A DNA stretch of 64,000 nucleotides, from positions 124,001 to 188,000 of the forward strand of contig NW_026250439.1 of NCBI RefSeq assembly GCF_024521635.1, in the 5' to 3' direction. The translations under genes were made by a program, and so were the position numbers. Source of the DNA: Tricharina praecox. Its lineage: Eukaryota. Each line of letters begins with the position of its first letter. Within the stretch, counting starts at the first letter, position 1. This document shows, one piece after another, positions 1-11,582 of the stretch. A model generated the notes under the pieces. It was not told where the DNA came from, ran no database searches, and was given only the letters and a program-made list of their open reading frames with translations.

Positions 1-905
1 GTCGTCGCATCCTACCATGCTGCCGTAGCTGACCTGCTGGCAGAGACAGTACAGCTTTTTGTCCTCGCCCTCACCGCCGTCCTCATCCTCGTCGTCATCG
101 TCGTCATCGCCATCCTCATCGATAACCTTCTTCACCGGCGGTTTCTTCCGCCCCGTCTTTCTCGTCCCACTGTGGCCAGACGGGGTACCAGCGCGACTGC
201 TCTCGTTCTTAATCCCGGGAGTCGCCGGTCGCCCCGCCAACGCCGACAGTGACGGTGTGCCTTGATGTCCCAACTTCAGCCTCTTATTCCCACCCGCCTG
301 CAGTCCCGGCGTAGCCGGCGTGCCGCCCCTATCCTGCGCGAACGACCTCGACATTCCGAGCCCGGGACTCGCCCTCCCTATCCCTCCCGCGCCCCGCCCA
401 CCCACATGCTGACTCGCGGCGGGGAGATTACTTGGCGGCGGGGCGGGGGTCAATGCATCGGCTGGCATGGAACCATCGCGCACGAGATTCGCGATCCCTC
501 CGTCGAGCCTGCGCTTATGCTTATCGATGAGGTCGAGCGCCTTCTGGGCGAGGTGGATCTTCTCCTCCTGGAGCTCGAGGACGCGGCGGTGCGCTTTCCG
601 GATCGCCTCGACGTACTGCGCTTCCTTGGTATTCTCCGAGTGCGAGCCGTGCAGCCGGATGTGCTTTTGTAGCGACGCGTCGCGCGATAGGTAGCTCACG
701 CGCTGCTCGTTCAGCAGCCGGTCGCGCGCGATGATCTCCTCGTAGATGTGGATTACTTCGGCGGGGAAGTTGGAGGCTGTGGCAGTTTGCGCAGAGGTTT
801 ATTAGCATCGCCGTTTGCAGGGTGAGCACGTGCACGCGAGGGTGAAGAACCATCGCTGACGAAGTTTTCGAGGACTGTAGCGGCGTCCTCTTGCGGTGCG
901 GACAT
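1..905 (-). CDS. YNG2: ING-family chromatin protein (Yng2-like NuA4 subunit), 3' end outside window
   Basis: ATG 905; intron 777-850 (weak donor GTTCTT, branch GCTAAT, CAG). Spliced protein MSAPQEDAATVLENFVSDASNFPAEVIHIYEEIIARDR...RDASLQKHIRLHGS...LQEEKIHLAQKALDLIDKH (ING N-terminal domain), an acidic tract, then the PHD finger start LYCLCQQVSYGSMVGCDD. Missed by the ORF track. Confidence 0.9.
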
Positions 906-2259
906 TGGCGGCGAGTGAGAAGGTGCAGAGGAACAGTTTTCGCTGGTCGGTGGTAGTGAGTGTCGTGGACGAGTGGTTGGAGTACGGTCGGGAGTGGGGT
1001 CGACGTTTCGCGCGTCGCGTTTAGGTTGGCGTGTTGTCTGGGACCCCTGCCAGGCTCTGTGTGACGTTCGTCATAGCTTGGCAGCTGCAACATCCCTGCT
1101 GATCGCATGCATAGTCAGCGCTTCTTCCATTGTATGGCCTGCCGGACGAACGAGGAGACAAACATGGGCGACAGGATGAGTAGCTAGACTTCTTAGTGGA
1201 GCTCACAGAACGCTGGACGGGCCGAGAACCGGACTGGTACCTTCATCCAGTCATTCACTCTTTTCTTTTTTTGGTGTTGTCTGTCTTTCTGTATTTCTTT
1301 CTGTTTGTCGGGTTGAGTGGAGAGGATTATTCATGGAGGATTGAGCGGGAATGATTGCGCTAGGAGGGCTGCGCGAGGAGGATTGAGCGGGCATGGCTGT
1401 GCGGGGGTTCAGGGGATGCTTGAGCGGAGAGCAATAGGGAACCAGTATCAAGCTCGCGGCTGGCCAGCGGCCCCAGCCATGGTGGAAAAGGCTATGTAAT
1501 CTGCCATGATCTACTAAAGTCGAATACAATGATGGTTAAACAAAAAAAAAACAATCGCAACATCTGCCCACGTCCTCACAGCATGATCGCTCCGATGCTT
1601 GCAATCGCGATTTCTCGCCACAACTACCTGCGATTGAAAAGAGAAGTTGTGGTAGGTTTCCACTCTTGCCTCTTGCAGTGATATCACGTTTAGAATATCC
1701 AGGCTCGTGTGCTTTGACTTCCTTTGTTCTCCCACGGAGCGCCCCTATTCAAAATCCACCTTGGGAAACCACAAAGAAAGGTTAATTAGCCCTCGAGGAG
1801 CGATTCTCGCCCCGACGACATAATGTCTTTATTTGCCAGCGAAATATCGGAGGTGGTCTCGTGGTCTCGTCGTGCAACCGGTAGAGGCGATGAAGGTTGC
1901 AAAAGGGAAAATGTCCGGGCACATGGAGATGCATTACGGCCTAGGTACTCGATCGAGTGAGGGGATATTCGATTGACTGCTCGTCCGTTTGTTCCGCCTC
2001 ATTACCGAACCTTGCCGTGTTCCATCAGTCGAACGTGAAAGAAGCAGTATACCGCGCCAATATATATTGACACCATTCCCGTCCTGCTTGTCTCTCTCAC
2101 CAAATACCCTTCCGACTGGCAAGACAACACTTTCCCTCCTCAGCAGTGCTCTCCCCTCATTCACTCCATGGGGTGGGGGGCAGGGCCATACCACTCAGGC
2201 ATCTTCATCTTCCACAGCCCTACTCTGGCGCGGCTTTCTTGAACTTCAACATTATATCA

Positions 2260-5200
2260 ACTTATTCGCTGGCCTGCTGGCCCTCTGCCGGTCTTTCCTG
2301 TATCCCGCGAAGAACCAGCCAACACTTACCCTGCCGGCATGGCTTTCCGAGTCCCCTTCGAATCCATAGTGATTGCCCAACACTATACCAGTTAATTCGC
2401 TGGCCTACTGGCCCTCTGCCAGTCTTTCCTGTCTCCCGCCAAGAACCAGCCAACACTCCCCCTTCCGGCAGGACTTTCCTGGTCCCGTTCCAATCCGTAG
2501 TGACCGTCGAAGGTACTACTTTCTTTCCGCTCCAAGCGAAACATTCTTGGCACCCTTCGATTCCGCAGGAGTCGCCTAGCTCTAAACTACACTCGCTCTC
2601 TCGACCGGGCCTCCTTCCAAAATCACTAAATTCTCTCCTGAGTTTCCACTGCATCTACAAGCTCCGAAGGACTCTCTCTCGTCCGATATTCGGGAGCAGG
2701 GATCTCAATCAATTCTCGACGTGTGGTAGATTCGACGAGGCGGCCTACAACGAATACTTCCGAAGGACCGACCATCTTCAACTTATTCGGATTTCGCTGG
2801 AATTATGAGGGAGGCCTGCCCGGGCCCCGGGGGGAATAAAGTCTTTCCGTTTCCTCGGTCACTCGCGGCCAGCGCCTACAGCAAGCGGGCGTGACCCTAC
2901 CATCTTTGAATCCTTCAAGATTCCTGTTTAATTGCGCGGAATCTACATGCTCCGAAGGACCTTACGCAAAATCCTTATCGCGCCAGATTATTCGGAGTTG
3001 GGCGGGGATATTGAGGGACGTCTGCCGGGGAGATAGTTTCTTTTTGTCCTTTCCCCGGTCACTCGCGGCCAGCGCCCACAGCAAGCAGGCCACAGGTGCG
3101 ACCTACGTTCTTCGAATCCCTCGCGAAAACAGTCTTATTCACGTCCCCGACGTAATAATCTATTGCCGTTCTGTGTCGATGTTCCCTGCACTAGAGCCGA
3201 ACTTCATGGGTGCAGCCGGTGCAGGCGAAGGATGATGTCCTGACGGCTATGGAAAATTTCCTCCGGTAGCTTCCTTTTTCTTGCCACCATCCTGGTGTGG
3301 ACTCTTTGGAGCGGCTGAGCGACCGTACGCATTTATTCCTGGAGTATTCCGGTCGGAGCAACTGTACTCATTAATTTCCCGAGTCTTCCAGTCTTCCAGT
3401 AGGAGCTTGCCTGTCGTCCGACAGAGACGATGTCCGAGGCTCTCCCGATTCCCCAACCGTTTTAAAGTTCCAGTGGGGCAGTTCAGAGAAGAGGTACCTA
3501 TCGCGGCGGACAATGGCAAGGCCGGCACTGCAGATGGATACCACATCAAAACACTACACTGTGACCAGCAGCCCCTGCGCGGGAAAGACACCACAAAGCG
3601 GAAGATTTACCTATCCTATTCCATGCCCCTGTCCCTTTTGCGACAGGAGGCTGACTACCGTCAACACACGTCACTGCCGTCGGCGCCGCCCGCTACCAAG
3701 TACGTGCGCCGGAGGACTAATCATCAAATTCTCTCAACGATTATACGACAACCTTTCATCTGGCGCGACTTTCTTGACTGGCCACGAACTACAGACACCA
3801 GTAGTCCACTCCCCTCCCCGGGTTGCGTAGTCGAGGCTGGCGTCGATCGGCATCAGCATCGCCCGCGGGCTTTCTGTTGCCAACGCTCTGGAATATAACG
3901 CTATTCCCACGCCGTCTCCTACACACGGATATGTACTGTCCTCGATCAACCGTCCCAGAAGTGCTGGTCGGCGCTGCATACCAACGGTTAACCCTGGCCC
4001 AGCTCGTATGCATCTCTCGCTCGCTCTCCCCTCCGCCAGATGATACACAGTAGGAATCAATAATTGCTATCGACTACAGAGCCACAGACTCACATCAGCA
4101 TCGCCCGCGGGTTTTCGGTTGCTACGGCTCAGGTATACTCTTCTATTCCCCACGCCGTCTCCTACACACGGATATGCACTGCCCTCGATCAACCGCCCCG
4201 AAAGTGCTGGCCGGCGCTGCATACCAATGGCGAACCCCGGTCCAGCTTGTATGCATCTCTCGCACACTCTCCCCTCCGCCGGATGATACTCAGTACGGAT
4301 CAAGAATTTATCGACTAGAGACTCAGAGCAACAAGTTACAAGCCACAGCCGTGCAGAAATCTCGTCGATCAGCTGATGGAAGATATCACGTTATGGGCCC
4401 GCCTCGGCCCCGGATCACACGCGGACCAAGTTGAATTCAAGAATAGAATAAAATGCGCCCGGCTGGCTGGCTACAGCGGCACGGACAGTGCAGAAACGTT
4501 GAGCCTCGTGATTGCAAAACCGGCTTATCCCGGTCACGAAGACGGCGCAGAGAGACCACATCGCATCGACTACAAATTGACCTTGTTTTGGGCCCTTGGA
4601 GGAGTACCGTATGGAGGTTCTTAGCGTTTTAACCTACCGAGGGCCCAATCCAGAGTCCGGACGTCAATACTACTTATCGTGGCCCGGCAGCTTTAGCTGC
4701 ATTGGCCCTGGGCAGTACGACTAATAGGGTCCTCTCGGATGATTTCCTCAGAGGCTGCCGGCCAACTGTAAATATCGGCCCCGAGCGCGGCCGAACCCAC
4801 TTTTGAACGGTATGGCATGGAGCAAGCCAGTAGGCATCATATTCTGGACAACATCACTTCTGTCTCTCGAGCGGCTAAGGATTACGCCTCATGGCTCTTG
4901 TCGTCTCTTCCAGCGCTCGCCGTTCAACCACCTCGAGGCTAGCCTACGAACGCACAAGCTTTATTGCCCGGTGCCCACAACAATCTACAAACCGTCCTGC
5001 ACGTTGCCAAATGTTCTCGGTGGCTAACGATGCCAACGTCTCATGGCTCTCGGCGTCTCTTCCAGCGCTCGCCGCTCAGTCACCTCGAGTTTGCCCTGCT
5101 AACGCACAAGCTTTATTGCCCAGTGCCCACAACAACCTCAAATTGCCGTGCGCATTGCAAGTTGCAACAGCCGCACGAATATCTAAAATTCGCCGTGCGC

Positions 5201-6460
5201 GCTGCCACAGCCGTGCGGATATCTACAATAATTGCCCTGGACGTGGCCACAGCCTGGCGGATATCTACAATTAATCGCCCTGCCTCCACGTCGGGTAGAC
5301 CATTCTTCGAAATGTATCAATTATCGCACGGTGCGCCGCACTCCACCGGTCGACCGCCCGCGGAATCCGGATCGCCAAACCCATGCACCCATCCGGCCCG
5401 AGCTACCATCGCGGTTTCCTCCGGGTAGATATTTTTGTTTCGTGTCTGTTTGTCGGCAAATGGGAAACCGCCTCCACTTCCACCACGTACGTACGTACAC
5501 ACACGGGCGGGAGCCAGAGGCCGGCGCCGAACCGGCAGTCGAAAACGTCCTATTGTGCGTGCGCTCCAGATACAAGCTACGGCGGTGCCTAACGAATCTT
5601 CATGCGCAATAGGGAACCCACCCACATCGAGCTCGCGGCCAGCGGCCAGCGGCCTCCGGTCGGTGCAGAGACTTCGAGCCTTGTGATAAGAAAACCGCTT
5701 TATTACGGTCGAGACGGCGGCACAGAGGGACCACATCACATCGCTCACAAATTGACTATGTTTTGGGCCCTGGCGGAGTAACGTATGGAGGTTCTTAGCG
5801 TTTTAACCTATCGAGGGCCCAATCCTGACTTCAATACTACTTATCACGGCCCGGCTCGAGGCTAGTCTGCGAACGCACAAGCTTTATTGTCCAGTGCCCA
5901 CAAAAATCTACAAACCTTCCTGCACGTTGCCAGTTGCAACAGCCGCACAAATATCTCAAATTCGCCGTGCACGTTGCGGCAGCCGTGCGGATATCTACAA
6001 TTAATCGCCCAGTCTCCTCATCAGGGAGGGCATTCTTCGAAATGCATCAATTATCGCACCCTACCTATCGACCGCTCGCAGATCACCAAACCCACCCACC
6101 CATCCGGCCCGAGCTTCCATCCGCAGTTTCCGCCGGTTAGATATTTTTGTTTCGTGTCTGTTTGTCTGCAAATGGGAGACCGCCCCCCACCGCTTCAACC
6201 ACTTCCACCGCCTCCACCGCGTACGTACGTACACACAGGCGAGCGCTGCAGCCGAACCGGCAAGCAAGCGCGTCATATTGTGTGTGCGCCCCAGATACAC
6301 ACGGGCGGGAGCCAGAGGCCGGCGCCGAACCGGCAGTCGAAAACGTCCTATTGTGTGTGCGCTGCGGATACATCATACAGGCTACGGCGGTGCTTAATGA
6401 ATCGTTTTGTGCAATAGGGAACCCACATCGATTCGAGCTCGCGGCCAGCGGCCTGCGGTC
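2260..6460. repeat. Block of imperfect tandem/direct duplications, probably a decayed transposon interior
   Basis: Pairs at ~2262/2395 (~130 bp period), ~2760/2950, ~3850/4090 (~240 bp) and ~4890/5040; 5728-6460 is a shortened copy of 4555-5655. No convincing protein. Confidence 0.7.
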
Positions 6461-7215
6461 GCCGGTCGGAGACAGTGCAGTGGGGTGGAACTGGACGTGT
6501 GTACACTGGTGGCTGCACTCGCGAAGAGGCTGTTTAGTCCGTTTTATGGTCCGACAGCCTACAACCTAGGGGCGGCGAGGCACCGACTATATCGCCGTCA
6601 GAGGAAGCGGGGAAGTGCGGTGCACCCCGGGCGGCTACATCGGCGAAGAGGGGATCCATTTTATTCTGGCCTGAACTGTGCCTGCACTCCCTCAGTGGAT
6701 TGTTGAGCCGGAATAGCTGCAAGCTTTATCGCCGTCTGGGGAAGTGAGGATGTGGGGAACCGGGTGCGCCCCAGGGTACGGAATCCATCAGTGAAGACTG
6801 AAGACTGAAGACCGGAGCATCTCGATCGAACACTGCTGAGGGTGGGGCAGTATAATTTCCATGGGGCGATGCCGTGTGTGGTGGGGGGCGAAGGAGTGGG
6901 GGGTTTTGTGTCGTGGTGCCAGCTGGCGGGGAACTGCTGGCGGGGAAGACCAGCTCGGGCGGGATTGTTTGGAGGGAGAGAAGGATCTACCTACCGTAGC
7001 GGGAACACAAGATCCTGAGATCCTACATACAACGGTCTGTGAATGTATGATATCATTGACTCGTCGCCGAAATACGTGATTCATTCTCTCTCGTGACAGT
7101 TACATGTAAAAATCGCATTCTCCCGCGTCTCCCTCTCCCGAACAAGCAGCAGGCTACTATCGCCAGCCGCGCGCCCGGTTCTCTTCTCGTACCTACGCAG
7201 AACCAAACATCTCCG

Positions 7216-8074
7216 CTATGCAAAGAACGAAACATGCGGATGATCCCTATTCACTCCTGGATCAGCATTCATCCTTTCACTCCCACTATCAGGAAGAAAC
7301 CCACCAGTGATTAGCCGTATCGGACCCCCGATCCTCCATAGACCGCCAGCTAGCCCACGCCTTGGGGTTGACATCGACCTCGCGGTTCCAGATCTTCTGG
7401 CCCCAGATGATGTATTTCACCTTCAGACTTGAGTGGTTGTTCATCGTCCACTCGGCGATGGTTTGGCCAATTGCACTGCGGTTGGGGACCATAAGGTCGA
7501 GGGCGAGGCCGAGACCGTGGTCGCCGGGCCTAGGATCGATGGGGACTGTTAGCTTACCATTGATAAGGGGGCAGGGGGCAGAGGGAAGGAGGGAAAGAAG
7601 GGACGGACTTGTTGGCGTAGCACCACACAGTGTGCACCTTCCCCGGAAACTGGTTCAGGATTTTGTAGCCGTTCGTTACGACATGGGATTTGCAGTTAGA
7701 AGTGGGGATCGTTGGGTTTCCGCCGGACGGCTGGCAGCACTTAAAGTCTGCGGGGCCAGGACACAGGTCTTTCTATACGTCAGCAGGCATCTCTGTGGGG
7801 GAAGAGGGAGAAAGCGCGTACTGGACACGGGCGTGCCAGTGCACTGGCTGGTCCAGCGACAGTTCCCGCCGGATCCGCAGGACGTCTTGGTGCAGCACTG
7901 GATGCCGACAGGATCGTTGGGGCAGAAGCCCGCGGTGGACTTTCCGCCGCCGCTGGAGCACGCGGCGGTCGACAGGCAGACGCCGGGTGTGCCGGAGACG
8001 GAGCACGGGCCGTTGACGGCTGCGCTGGCGCTGGCGGCGAAGAGGAACAGAGTGGAGATGAGGGTGAACTGCAT
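7216..8074 (-). CDS. Secreted 222-aa protein: tandem Cys-rich repeats plus peptidase M15/DD-peptidase-like Zn domain
   Basis: Exons 8074-7822, 7768-7609, 7529-7305, 7246-7216 (669 nt, in frame). Signal peptide MQFTLISTLFLFAASASA; repeats GFCPNDPVGIQCC and NLCPGPADFKCC; motifs GDHGLGLALD, KYIIWGQKIWN and DRGSDTANHWDHPHVSF. Confidence 0.85.
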
Positions 8075-9687
8075 CCTGTTGGAGTGTCCGAGTTTGCCGT
8101 GTAGGTGAGGATGATGAACGGAGGGGGAGAGGATGGAGGGGAACGTTATATGGTCACTGGCCAGGCCACCGCCGCCTGGCCCGAAAGAATCGTCGGCACA
8201 TCCGAACGGGCGTTCGTGTTCAAGAGTGCACATCACGCGAGGTCTCCTCCTCGTATCCTCCGCATGCGGCTGAGCCACGCCGTCGAACGACGCAACGATC
8301 CCATTTCCCAGCCCTCTTTCGTGTGCGACGTTTGTGTTACTGCAGATTTCCGTTGCTCGGTAGGTTAGCGAATCGCGGGGGTTGAGGAACCTAACGTCGA
8401 CAGAGCAGCACGAAGGAATTAAGGAGGAATGTTCCACGGGCGTCTCCGATGATTTGGAATTAATTCGCCGGTGACTTCCTAGGGCCAATTGAAGGCTTGG
8501 TGCATATTCTGGGATGAATCGACATTGGAGGGAAGATGGAAGACATGGGTACGGGACGATAGGGCAATGCGCGCCTTGTCGTGACTCGTCCGCACCAGCA
8601 CCAAGACTTCTTGTTGGCCTGTGTGAGCTGAATCCTGATGGAATCTTTACGGATTCATGGTGCGGCCTTGATTGGGAGAGGAAGCGTGCCAATGACGATG
8701 TCTGCAAACTCCCTACCGTATTCCCTACGGTCCACTTTTTGTCCGTGTATTTAGATGGAAACTCCGTGAGACGTGAAGTGCAGATAAAGTAGCCGCTACG
8801 CTGCAGACACCTACACCCTCATCCCTCATCCCGGCTTCGGACGCCCCGCGAATATTAATCCGCGATCGCGCTACTGGTAGAATAGCGGGGATCTCCGCGA
8901 CGCACCACCCTGCGGAAACGATTCGTGCGTTGCGAGGTGGACTCGTCCTCCTTACCACTATGAGGTAATACGATTCCTCATTGGATTCCTATTTGCGGTT
9001 CGTGGAACCAGGCCGGAGTGTGGCTCATCCACAGAAATTCGATTTTCCTTCCACTTCAACCGCTCGCACACTGAAAGGGAGGCGTTGGTGCGGATTCTTA
9101 CACACGCATCTGCATCGATCCTTTCCGTTGAACCCAAGATTTTTTCCCCGGTCGGTGTGGTGTCGTTTCATAGGTACTCTCCCTTATGTAGGGCTCAGGG
9201 TTCGAACTTCGGCCAGCGCCCGTTAGCTCGCTTCACTTCCCCGCTTTCGGCGTGGCAAAGCAGGGGCCATAATACTAGTAGTTATGGCCGACGTCGAATT
9301 AAGGGACTTCCCGGTGGAGCGAGGTGGCCACTATTAGTAGAGCATTGCAAATCTTCGCATTGGCTACGCTCATGGAGTTTCGGTACTTTATGTCCACGTC
9401 CACAAACACGGCGGATTATCTCCAGACATGGGTATCACTCGCATTAGGCCTCCATCAACAAGAAAACGTACGTACGCCAAAATGCGATGGCGGATTTGGT
9501 AAAGCTACCGTGGCAAAAAAAACTGGTAGAATGGACACTGGATTGACACCATATCTATCCAGGTTTATTGGTTCGAGAACTTGGTTTAAACCACAAGTAA
9601 TCCGGTGCACTGTTCACTGCCGTACGTTCCGCTTCGTCCCTTCTCTCGGTGATGATGTTCATCATCTGGATTCTCGCCTCCACGGAA

Positions 9688-10030
9688 AGAGAGGGAGATA
9701 TCTTCCTGTTTTATTTTGCATGCAGCCTAACTAGACTATGGCGAACCAACGAACTCCTTTTCCTGTCCGCCCTGGCCAGTCGAGGTGAAAGCCCCGGTAC
9801 TGATCAGTCCGATGCGGCGCCCCACTTCCCCTGCCCATCCGCCTCGGGCCGACACAAGCAAGGAGTAGATTGACAGTAAAGACCGGAATGAGCCTACATG
9901 CCCGCTCCTCCTGCTCCCCCCTCGCTTCTCTCCCCCGTCTTCCGCTTCCGCTCCAAAAAACTATCACCGCGTATCCTCATCTCCTACTTCCTCGAATTGG
10001 CTGCAGACGCAGTACCCTGCTGGGCACTCT
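9688..10030 (-). mobile_element. Decayed LINE 3'-end fragment
   Basis: Similar to 30959-31200 and 54670-54750 (GATCTTCC..TTTTATTT.GCATGCAGCCTA.CTAGACTATGG). Confidence 0.7.
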
Positions 10031-10421
10031 TTCTCTGTCCCTTCTCGCGTCGACGGCCGGCCGCGCAAAGGCGTGTCATATGATACTACCGAGTGATAGG
10101 TGGTGCCCCGCCATAGACAATAACAATGACAAAGTGCCGCCCGTCATCGGAGCGTCTGGATGGTTCTTTCATTTCAGGCTACGGTATCGCTTGCTTTATA
10201 AACACATACTACCTTCATGGCGCTGCGAAGGTTTTCTACTTTCTACGACAATCGCAGATTTTATCACCACCACTGCAACTAGGTACATTATGTAGGTAGA
10301 TAGTTGATTGCATGTTCAACGTATTCACTGAGAGATGCGGATTTGCAAAAATCACCGCACATGCCTCTATGAAGTTGCAATCCCCCCTTTGGCCCGTCCA
10401 TCTCCAGATTCCATTGAAGAC

Positions 10422-10817
10422 AACAGTGAAGTTCGTAAGACCTTTCATTCCCTAACTAGAGAAGCCTTCCGAAAAAAGAAAAGAAAAAACAAGAACTTGG
10501 CCGGCCTACCCCCCTCACCCCGGCCCCCTACCCCCCCACATCGACCAACGGCCGGGCGTCTAGTAGTCACCTCCCCAGACGCACTGGGTGTTGCACCCCG
10601 GCAGAGCCGAGGGCCCTATGTACAGGTACGCGAAATTCCACCTGCTTAGGTCGGCAGTCTATAGAGTAGTTAGTATCCACACGTCTCCTCATATCGATGC
10701 ATCATCAACTTACCAATGGGGGGGGAGGGGGGTAGGCCGGAAAAGTTCTTGTTTTTTTTTCTTTTTTCGGAAGGCTTCTCTAGTTAGGGAATGCAAGGTC
10801 TTACAAACTTCACTGTT
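10422..10817. repeat. ~95-bp inverted repeat with ~200-bp spacer
   Basis: 10422-10515 (AACAGTGAAGTTCGTAAGACCTTTCATTCCCTAACTAGAGAAGCCTTCCGAAAAAAG...) is the near reverse complement of ~10721-10817. Confidence 0.9.
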
Positions 10818-11582
10818 CATAGGAGCGTTGGTGGGCTTGGAGGTAACGGTGGCGTCCTTGGGCGGGCGTGCAGGGGAGATGGAGCGGCTCTTGGTAACGG
10901 AGTCGGAGCGACGACGGCGGGAATTTTCAGTAGTCGTGTCCTTGGTGGTGAAAGGCTGAACCGGGCGGCGGCGACCACGGACCTCTTCCTTGGTGATAGC
11001 ATTCTCTTGGGTGACAGCATTGCCCTTGGTGACCACTTTGTCCTTGATGACAGCGTTGCGCTTGATGACAACTCTGTCCTTAGTGACACCCGAAGTGATG
11101 GTGTTCTTGTCCTTAGCAGCGTCACCCACAGCCTTGGCCTTGGGGACTCTCTTGATCGGTAACGCGTGTATAGTTCCAGACTTATTATTGATGACATAAG
11201 CGTTCTTGGTGCGAGTGATGCTGGGTCTCTCATTGCTGCCAGTAATCACATCGTTCTTCGCGGCGGAAGAAATGTCGGGAGCGGGGGTGGTGTTGTTGGT
11301 GTTGCCAACGCCACGGGTGCTTTTATACTTGGAGACGACGCCTTCGACAAAGTTCGAAGAACGGTTGGTCGGCGACGGGTTCAGAACATCATCAACCTTG
11401 AGATCCAAGCCGTTAGTTACATCGGAGTCATTATTAGTACACAGCGGAAAAGAACTAACCTTGCTCTTCTTTGAAAAGTGAGTATGACCCTGCACAGGGA
11501 TGGACTTGTTGGTGGGCGTCTTCGAGTCGACGTTGGGGTTTGACTTCATAAAATGAGCCGCGGTGGGGCGTTTGGGAGCCAT
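10710..11582 (-). CDS. Hypothetical basic K/T-rich protein, 290 aa
   Basis: ATG-initiated uninterrupted ORF with short internal repeats (KDRVVIKRNAVIKDKVVTKGNAVT) and a pyrimidine-rich leader; no recognised domain. Confidence 0.5.
   Translation of the reverse strand: MAPKRPTAAHFMKSNPNVDSKTPTNKSIPVQGHTHFSKKSKVSSFPLCTNNDSDVTNGLDLKVDDVLNPSPTNRSSNFVEGVVSKYKSTRGVGNTNNTTPAPDISSAAKNDVITGSNERPSITRTKNAYVINNKSGTIHALPIKRVPKAKAVGDAAKDKNTITSGVTKDRVVIKRNAVIKDKVVTKGNAVTQENAITKEEVRGRRRPVQPFTTKDTTTENSRRRRSDSVTKSRSISPARPPKDATVTSKPTNAPMNSEVCKTLHSLTREAFRKKKKKQELFRPTPLPPHW

Noticed and set aside
7676..8707. 343-aa ORF
   Set aside because: Only 8074-7822 is coding; the rest is upstream sequence and intron read-through.
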